40,868 nucleotides of DNA from an uncultured Muribaculaceae bacterium. Lineage in GTDB: Bacteria; Bacillota_I; Bacilli_A; RF39; UBA660. Each line of letters opens with the position of its first letter. Position 1 is the stretch's first letter. The notes under the pieces are model-generated. The model was given only the letters and a program-made list of their open reading frames with translations, made no database searches and had not been told where the DNA came from. Where the stretch lies: contig CAZLQU010000001.1 in the NCBI GenBank assembly GCA_964561805.1, positions 26,125-66,992 on the forward strand, written 5' to 3'. The position numbers and the translations under genes are program-made. Shown piece by piece: positions 17,481 through 26,100 of this stretch.

Positions 17481-18320
17481 GTGACTTACATAAAAGATAG
17501 TATCTATCATACTAGTTTACCAATTATGGTAATCGATGATAATCAAAGATTTAAAAAATATCCACAAATTGGGTATGGTGAAGAAGGATCTATACATAGA
17601 TATAATGATAAAAGAGCTTTTAAAGTATTCGATTTTTTTGAGGATAGAGAAAAATTAAAAAACAAGTTTAAAAAAATTGAAGAATTAGCAAGAATTAAGG
17701 ATAAGTCTTTTTGCTTTCCACAAGGTTTAGTAGGGTATCTTGATTTAAAAAAAGAGGGATATTTTATGGAACTAGTAAAACCGATGGATAAATGCAGTGA
17801 TTTTAGTAAACTGGATCAATTAAGAGATATGAAAAAGAGACTTGAATATCTGATAATGGCTGATAGGGCAATAGAGAGAATTCATAAAAAAGGAATTATT
17901 ATTGGAGATATTCGTGATGGAAATATCATGATTAATAAATGTGGCGAAGTTAAATTTATTGATACGGATAACTATAAGTATGGAGATTATGATTATGATT
18001 TAATTCCCACTAGAAGTAAAAAGTTTGAACACACTTACGGAAAAGAAATAAATGGTATAGATAATGATAAATTTGTCTTTACGATGATGGCTTTGCAATA
18101 TTTTATTCCTGGTCCTATTTTCTGGAAGCATAATGAGGTTGATTATTATAAAGAAATGGTTGAATTGCTTGAGGTAAGCGAAGAGGTAAAAGAAGGGTTA
18201 AGACTTATTTTATCTGATGCACCAGATAAACCATATGTTGGTAAAGTGTTAAAAAAAATTAATCCTGAGGAAATGATTATTTTACCTCAAAATGTTAAGA
18301 AATTAGAGCGAAAATATTAG
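17481..18320 (+). CDS. Soluble protein-kinase-like (ePK/APH fold) protein
   Basis: GTG start after a GGGGATGG SD and an extended -10 TGaTATAAT (17448-17456). RAFKVF is VAIK-like, IHKKGIIIGDIRDGNIMIN aligns to the HRDxKxxN catalytic loop keeping D and N, and KFIDTDN is DFG-like. No TM or sensor domain. Confidence 0.5.
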   Translation: MTYIKDSIYHTSLPIMVIDDNQRFKKYPQIGYGEEGSIHRYNDKRAFKVFDFFEDREKLKNKFKKIEELARIKDKSFCFPQGLVGYLDLKKEGYFMELVKPMDKCSDFSKLDQLRDMKKRLEYLIMADRAIERIHKKGIIIGDIRDGNIMINKCGEVKFIDTDNYKYGDYDYDLIPTRSKKFEHTYGKEINGIDNDKFVFTMMALQYFIPGPIFWKHNEVDYYKEMVELLEVSEEVKEGLRLILSDAPDKPYVGKVLKKINPEEMIILPQNVKKLERKY

Positions 18321-18331
18321 AAAAGTGTCAA

Positions 18332-18365
18332 GAGAGCGTTTAATTTAGAAAACGCTTTCTTTTTG
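18332..18365 (+). terminator. Rho-independent terminator after the kinase-like gene
   Basis: GAGAGCGTTT-aatttag-AAAACGCTTTC followed by TTTTT. Confidence 0.7.
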
Positions 18366-18366
18366 C

Positions 18367-18395
18367 TTGTTTTAATTAGGCTTTTATACTATAAT
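18367..18395 (+). promoter_or_regulatory. Candidate sigma-A promoter for the 533-aa membrane protein gene
   Basis: TTGTTT, 17 nt, TATAAT. An AGAGGAG SD lies before ATG 18418. Confidence 0.45.
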
Positions 18396-18417
18396 TGGGT
18401 TAGAGGAGAATGTTAAA

Positions 18418-20019
18418 ATGAAAGATTCTTTTAAAAATAAAAATATTTTAGTTATTCTTTTTGAACTTTTGATTATTGCTTTAGGAATAATTGGCATTAC
18501 TTTTGCAACAAGTAAACTTCTTGATAGTAGGGCAGCAACGATGATTACTACCGATGAATATAATCTTGATTATGTAGGAGATAGTTATGTTACGATTAGT
18601 GACATTGAGCCAATGGATGATAGTCTAGTAAATTATGCGACAACTGAGAATGTTATTCGTTTAGCTTTTTCGGTTAAAGGTGTAAGAAATAATAATGATG
18701 ATAAATTAATATATGATGTAATGCTAAATGAGATGGATATCGATTGTTCATTATTAAATAAGTATACGAAATGGAATTTATATAAAAATGGAAAATTAAT
18801 ATCTAATGGTAGTTTAGATCCACTTTTTGATGGAGCCGTACTTAGCGATAGTATGAGACTTACAACAATTCAAGAAAATTTACCAAGATATGATAAAGAT
18901 TATGATAATTATGTACTAATATTTTGGATTAGTGAATCTTGTGATGATTTAGAGACTTGTGAATTGATTGATCAAAGTGATATAGTAAATAGCAAGATGA
19001 ACATGAAAGTATTTATTGCCCTTTATAGTGGTGCTAAAAAGAAATATGAGAGGGTACCTAATTATGATGGAACATGTGCTAACAAGCCAGAACTTTATAA
19101 TAATATGGTGCCAGTAAATTATAACAATGGTGAATGGGTTGTAGCAGATAAAGATAATGGTAATCAGTATAATTTATGGTATAGTTATGCTAATCAAAAA
19201 TGGGCTAATGCTGTCGTAGTCAACGATGCTAATAAATATCAAAATGTTGGTACTGTGATCGATAGTAGTGATGTTTTAGGTTACTTTGTATGGATTCCTA
19301 GATTTAGATATAAATTATGGAATGTAGGAAGTGAAATAACTGATAGTTATAATGCTTATGATGATGGTATTGATGTTGTCTTTGAAAATGGTTTAAATAA
19401 AACCGATAATGAAAAAGTTAACGGTAATTATTATACTCATCCAGCTTTTGGTGATAGTTTAAGAGGTGTTTGGGTTAGTAAATATGAGATTAGTAAAGAC
19501 AATGATATGTATCGCTTTGTCGGTGGTGTTGAAGGCTATTACGGTGATACTTTAGATAACTATAAAACAATTGCAACTACTATTAGTGATAGTTATAAAT
19601 TAGGTAGTAGGGCAGAAAGCCATATGATTAATAATCAAGAATGGGGAGCTACATTATATTTATCACATTCTAAATATGGTGTTTGTGCTGGAGATGGTTG
19701 CAGTAGTATTGCTACCAATGGAACATATATTGCTGGAAATAACAGACAGGATACCACAACTAGAAATATATATGGTGTATATGATATGGCTGGTGCTAGT
19801 GGCGAATATGTTTTAGGTAAATCTACTATCGGAACAGCAACATCAGAAGTTGTTTTAGCTAATAAAAATACATGGTATAATGGTATGGGAGCATTAAGTG
19901 ATAGAGACTATATCATTCGTGGCGGTTTAGATAAAAGTTTATTCTATTTTGGTGATATCAAAATGGATAGTACAGCCAATAGTACAAGAATATGTTTAAT
20001 TAGTAAAAAAGGTGATTAG
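18418..20019 (+). CDS. N-terminally anchored 533-aa surface protein with an N-terminal module resembling that of the giant proteins and a C-terminal FGE-sulfatase/SUMF1-like (C-type lectin fold) domain
   Basis: Signal-anchor NILVILFELLIIALGIIGITFATS. FGE-like motifs occur in canonical order: VWVSKYEIS, NQEWGATLY, IYGVYDMAGASGEYVLG, IIRGG. Confidence 0.5.
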   Translation: MKDSFKNKNILVILFELLIIALGIIGITFATSKLLDSRAATMITTDEYNLDYVGDSYVTISDIEPMDDSLVNYATTENVIRLAFSVKGVRNNNDDKLIYDVMLNEMDIDCSLLNKYTKWNLYKNGKLISNGSLDPLFDGAVLSDSMRLTTIQENLPRYDKDYDNYVLIFWISESCDDLETCELIDQSDIVNSKMNMKVFIALYSGAKKKYERVPNYDGTCANKPELYNNMVPVNYNNGEWVVADKDNGNQYNLWYSYANQKWANAVVVNDANKYQNVGTVIDSSDVLGYFVWIPRFRYKLWNVGSEITDSYNAYDDGIDVVFENGLNKTDNEKVNGNYYTHPAFGDSLRGVWVSKYEISKDNDMYRFVGGVEGYYGDTLDNYKTIATTISDSYKLGSRAESHMINNQEWGATLYLSHSKYGVCAGDGCSSIATNGTYIAGNNRQDTTTRNIYGVYDMAGASGEYVLGKSTIGTATSEVVLANKNTWYNGMGALSDRDYIIRGGLDKSLFYFGDIKMDSTANSTRICLISKKGD

Positions 20020-20037
20020 AAATAATCACCTTTTTTT
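20005..20037 (+). terminator. Rho-independent terminator
   Basis: AAAAAAGGTGATT-agaaat-AATCACCTTTTTTT, overlapping the stop codon. Confidence 0.75.
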
Positions 20038-20106
20038 ATTATGTGTTCGCCATATAATATTTAATATATATTAAATATTAATTTATTAAAAATACAATAT
20101 ATTATG

Positions 20107-20135
20107 TTGCAAATAATACTATATTTTGGTATACT
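20107..20135 (+). promoter_or_regulatory. Sigma-A type promoter of giant gene 2 (paralog of 3618-3646)
   Basis: TTGCAA (20107-20112), 17 nt, extended -10 TGgTATACT (TATACT 20130-20135). Confidence 0.55.
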
Positions 20136-20143
20136 TTATATAA

Positions 20144-20167
20144 GAATAGAATTTGATAGTTCTATTC
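20144..20167 (+). promoter_or_regulatory. Second copy of the conserved 5'UTR / operator-like palindrome
   Basis: GAATAGAATT-tgat-AGTTCTATTC. The single stem difference from copy 1 (A to G) still allows a U-G pair. A GGTGA SD follows at 20171-20175. Confidence 0.55.
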
Positions 20168-20180
20168 ATTGGTGACCAAA

Positions 20181-23100
20181 ATGGAAAAGAAAAAAATTAC
20201 AATCCTTACAATTGTTGTTTTTGTCGTGGGTCTAATCATAGCAGGATCAAGCTATGCCTTTTGGTCGTGGACTAGTAATATAAATAAAAACTTAGTTTTT
20301 AATACTGCTAGTAATTTAAGAAATTATATTGTCTATAATGAAGGAGAATCAGCTTTTACTGGTGAACTTCAAGTAAGTAATAGCTATCAAACCGGAAGTG
20401 TACATGCAACTGTTTCAATTTATAAAACTACAAATGTTAATATGCTTGCTACATTACATATGGATGTTAATCAAATTGGCCCTAATATGAAAAATAGTAC
20501 GGCTTTAAAATGGGTAGTAACGGAAGGTACAGTATCAAATGTAGGAAGTGAACTTGCTCATGGTAATTTTGTTGGAGCAAATAATGGGGATTTATTAACA
20601 TTAGTACCTGATATAAATATTACGACTACAGAAGCATTCTATACAGTATGGATTTGGATAGATTCATCAGAAAATCCATCAGATAACATATCAGGTGAAA
20701 CCTTAGATACCGATATTTGGATGGAAATAAATCAAGTAGAGGGATCTGAAGATAGATATGAAATAACAAATACTAATGCTCATTATCAACAAGTTAGTGC
20801 AACAGTTGTAGATAATAAATACAAAGTAACTCGTTATGCCATAACGACAACAAATAGTGACCCATCTACTTGGACAACAATTACACCAACAACTGAACAA
20901 AACAATGTCTATACTTTAAATGAATCAGTAAGTGGTACAGGAACATATTATATTTGGTTTATGGATAGTGAAGGTCGTGTAACATGTGAACAAGTTGTTG
21001 TAACTGAAGTAGATACCACTAAACCAAGTTGTAGTTGGGGAGCGTTTACACCTAATACAGTTCAAAATAATGCGACATCTTCAGTAACATTAACATGTAC
21101 CGATAGTGAATCAGGAATAGGTGTATATAACTTACAAGCAAGCGATTTTACACCATCAAATAATAAGATAACGGTAACAAATGTAACTAGAGAAAGTGTA
21201 ACTAATGGATATAAATATACAATTACAGTAACTGGTACTACAAATGATGGTACATCACATCTTACAGTTGATGCTAACAAGATTAGAAATGGTGCTGGGT
21301 TAGGTAACTTAAGTACTTCATCTGGTGATATAAGTGTCGTAAATGTTATAAATATTACTTTGGATAATGCTAGTGCTACGACTAATGGTACAAGTACAAT
21401 TTATTTAAGTTATAATGATGGAATATATTTAGATAGTGGATTAATTAATCAAATGACGGATAGTACTAATCCAATTACAATACCTGTAAGAACATATTAT
21501 AGTTTTTTAGGTTATTATGATAATACGACTCAAATGATAGATAGTGATGGACATATTACAAGCAACTTTACTAATACACTTTATAGTAGTGCTAAGACCT
21601 TAAATGCACATTGGCAGGATACAACATCACCAATAGCTTCACTTTCAGTTAGTATTACTAATAATACGATAAATGCAACAGCGACTGTTTCAGATAATGG
21701 TGATGGTTTTGATGGAAACTATCATTGGTTAGTTTCAACAAGTAATACTTGTGATCAAAATGTTGATATAAATGATTTTACAACGACAACAACTAATACG
21801 TATTCACATGTAATGCAAGATAATAATTTATATTATGTATGTTTAATGGTTAAAGATAATGCTGATAATGAAACATATTCTGTTTCTCAAGGATTAAGTA
21901 ATATAGTAGTATCATTTAATTCAAAAACTGCAGACAATATATCATTTTCTAATAAATATGTAGCTTATAATCAAGTTTATGGTGAATTTCCAACTACAAC
22001 TAAAACAGGATATACATTAAAAGGTTGGAGTTTAGCCGAAGATGCTTCCTATATTCCTAATACATATCAGCAAGTTGAGTATCTTCAGTCTACAGGTACG
22101 CAATATATTGATACGGGATATATACCAAATGAAAACTCTAGGTTATGGTTAGATTATCAACCAACTGAAGCACAGTCAAAGATTTATGCTGGAGCTAGAA
22201 ATGAGTCTTCTTCACCAAAGGTATATTTTACAATTAATTCAGGATCTAATAATACTAAAATGTATGCTTCTTGGGGAACAACCGTAAATTACAATATAGG
22301 GCCAATGACAACCGATAGAGTGAGAACGGAGATTGGATCTGAAGGTATTTACTATAATGATGAATATGTAACAATGCCTGGAGAAACAGTATGGAGCAAT
22401 ATATCATATTCAGTATATTTATTTGCAGTACAAGAATCTAGTAATACAGCATCATTAAATGCAAGTGTAAAAATATATGAAGCCAAAATATATGAGGGAA
22501 ATACACTTATTCATCATATGATTCCATGTTATAGGAAAAGCGATAATGTTAGAGGAATGTATGATGCAATCAGTGGTGAATTTTATACTAATAGTGGAAC
22601 TGGTACATTTGGTATTGGTAGTGATGTAAACAATTATGTTACGGAATCAACAACTGTTAGCAAAAACGAAAATCACACATTATATGCTGTATGGAAAGAT
22701 GAAGAGGCACCAACTGGTACATTAACACTTTCAGATGACAATTGGATAATTACGGCTACGGTTAGTGCAAGTGATACAGGCTCTGGTGTAAAACCTAGAT
22801 ATGGTTTTAAAATGATTGATACAAATAATTGTAATTCATCAGTTACAGGATTTGTTGAGACAAGTGTTAATAGTTATACTTTTTCTGATTCGTTAAAATA
22901 CTATGTATGTGTTAGAATTCAAGATAACGAAGGCAATTATAATTATTTATCTCAAAGAATTCCAGCAAGTTATTACTTATATACTGGTGATGTACAATCA
23001 TTTACAGCACCTTCTGATGGATATTATTTTGTTGAAACATATGGTGCTCAGGGTGGAGAAGAGACAAATGGTGGATATTCTTCTGGATATATTGAACTGA

Positions 23101-26100
23101 ACGCTAATGATGTATTATACGTTTATGTTGGTGGAAGTGGAGCTGAACGTGATAGTACAGGTTTAGGTGGCTGGAATGGCGGAGGCAATACATTAGATAA
23201 TGGTAATGGTAAAAAAGGTCCTGCCGGTGGTGGTGCTACCGATATTAGACTTACTAATGGTGCTTGGGATAATGCAACATCACTTAATTCACGAATAATG
23301 GTTGCTGGTGGAGGTAGTGGTTGGTATGGCGTTGGTGGTACTTTAGTTGGTAAGCCTGGCCAAGAAACAAGTTATCAATATTATCAACACGTTGGAAAAG
23401 GAGGGGCTCAAACTGCCGGTGGAGGTGAACCAATTATTTATAGTACAGCTACTTCAAATGGTACGGCTGGTGGTTTTGGAACTGGAGGTACTGGCGGTGG
23501 AAGTAGAAGCGGCACAACAACAGGCGGCGGAGCAGGTGGTGGCGGTGGCTACTACGGTGGCTCTGGAGCATCTGGAATAGCTGATGGTGTATTAGGTGGT
23601 GGTGGCGGTTCGTCATTCATCTCAGGATATGCTGGAGCTAATGCAATAACGTCAGCATCAGATCGAACACATACGAATAATACTAAACATTATAGTAACA
23701 AATACTTTATTGATAATAAAATGACGGCTGGAGTAAATTCTGGTAATGGTAGAGCAAGAATAAAGCCAGTAGATAGTATTCCTCAAAGAGTAAATACTGA
23801 TCTTAATAATGTAAGATATGTTAAAGATTGCATAAGTGGAAATTCTCAAGACGATTATAATACTTGGGTTGAAATTGAAGTAATTGAGAATGGTGTCAAC
23901 ATAGCTGATGGTATAACTGCAACGGGTATTACGCCATACTATGGATATGATATATCATATTTAACAAATGGTGATATTACTCCTTTAGAATATGTACAAA
24001 GTTCAGTTATTGGTTCACCATCATGTGTGATACTTGACCTAGGTGAAACATATAACGTAGATGAAATTGCGGTATGGCATATTTGGAACGATGGAAGAAC
24101 ATATAATAATAATGTTACATATGTATCAAATGATGGCATATTATATGTACCAGTTATAAATAATCAAACACCAGAAACGTCAAATGGTAAAAGAGTAACA
24201 GCGTGGGATAATCCACTTGAAGATAATACTCCAAGAGCTGAATTTAATTATACTGGTGATTATCAAACATTTACTGTTCCAGAAAGTGGTTACTATAAAA
24301 TAGAAACTTGGGGAGCAGAAGGTGGCTTTGCCAATTATAGTACGAAATATAATGGTGGAGCTGGTGGTTATTCATCTGGTTATATAAATTTAACAGCTAA
24401 TGATACATTATACATATATGTAGGAGGCATGGGCTCATCAGTAAGTGGTACATCAAGCGCAACTGTTACTGATAATGGCTTTGGTTATAATGGCGGTGGG
24501 CCTGCTGGATTTTATGCATCAAATTCTAATGGTGGTGGCGGCGGCGGAGCTACTGACGTTAGAACAGTTAGTGGAGCATGGAATGATACTACATCACTTA
24601 ATTCAAGAATAATGGTTGCAGGTGGTGGTGGAGCTGCAAGATCACATTCTAGTACTCCAAGATACTCTGGCACAGGTGGTACTGGAGGTGGATTAATAGC
24701 TGGTAATGGTGTAGCTGGTAATACTTATTGTTATGCTCTTGGTATTGGAGGTAAACAAAACACAGCAGGAACTTCTACTACTTGTAGTAGTGATGGTCAT
24801 GCATATTCGAATAATGCTTTGTTTGGTTATGGATGGTATGATTATAGTACCACGGTTGCTTATCAAAGTGGCAATACTACTGCCGAAGGTGGAGGTGGTG
24901 GTTACTATGGTGGTGGTATTGGATATCACGCACCATCTGGTGGAGGTTCATCATTCATCTCTGGATATGCTGGCGTAAATGCTATAACATCCGCATCAGA
25001 TAGAACACATACAAATAATACAAAACATTATAGTAATAAATACTTTATAAATGGAAGTATGTCTAGTGGTGTAAATACTGGAAATGGTAAAGCAACGGTG
25101 ACATATGCTGGTGCCACAATGCCAAGAACTAATACAGATCTTAATAATGTAAGATATATTAAAGATTGTATAAATGGAAGTAGTTCAAATATAGGTAATC
25201 ATTGGGTTGAATTACAAGCAATACAAAATGGAATAAATTTAGCTAAAAATAAAGCTGTAACTGGCACTCATTCAGAAAAAACCGATCGACCATATAGTGT
25301 TATTACTGATGGATTGCTGCTAACTACTTCTACAATGTATGCAGCGCCATCATATGATGGTGGTATGCAATGTATCACAGTTGATTTAGGTGCAACATAT
25401 AATCTGGATGAAATAGCAATATGGCATTTTTATGATGATGGTAGAACATATTATGATAATACAACATCTGTATCTAGTGATAATATTTTCTTCATACCAG
25501 TTATTAATAGACAAGAAGCAGAAACAGCTAATGGTAAGAGAGTTAGTGCTTGGGATCAACCTCTTGCTGATAATGAGCCTAGAGCAATATATTATTATAT
25601 TGGTAATTATCAAACGTTTACGGCTCCACAAAGTGGATATTATAAGATTGAAGCATGGGGTGCTCAAGGTGGTGGTGGTCCTAAAGGTGGTTACGTATCA
25701 GGTTATATTAATTTAACCGCTAATGACACACTATATATTTATGCTGGTGGTAAGGGATTATCCTCAAACTCTAGTTCCGGAACTGGTGGCTATAATGGTG
25801 GTGGGTCTACTGAAGCAACTAGTGGGAAACGTGGGCCTACTGGCGGTGGAGCTACGGATATTAGATTAGTTAGTGGTACTTGGAACAATGCGACATCACT
25901 AAACTCAAGGATTATGGTTGCGGCTGGTGGCGGCGGATATTATAATACGGCAAGTTATGGTATCGGCGGTGGTTTGCTAGGAGTAGATGGAGCTGATTCT
26001 GCATACACATATTATGTAAGTGTCGGTAAAGCCGGTATGCAACGATCTGGTGGAGCAACACCTACTAAAGATAGTGGAGCTAGTACAAATGGAACAGCTG

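Noticed and set aside
19700-20019. Diversity-generating retroelement target (variable region at the C-terminus of a CLec/FGE-fold protein).
   Set aside because: I could find no reverse transcriptase ORF and no template-repeat-like second copy of this segment in the 40.9 kb window. It remains worth a whole-genome check.
23347-23580. Alternative-frame and antisense ORFs inside the giant genes. Examples: 5766-5954, 6591-6773, 7926-8171, 10032-10244, 10368-10694, 23347-23580, 24733-24978, 26020-26280, 26852-27187.
   Set aside because: All lie wholly within much longer ORFs that have clear domain content. Their translations are low-complexity (L/V/Q/H-rich), as expected from reading GGT/GGC/ACA-rich repeats out of frame, and none has an SD.
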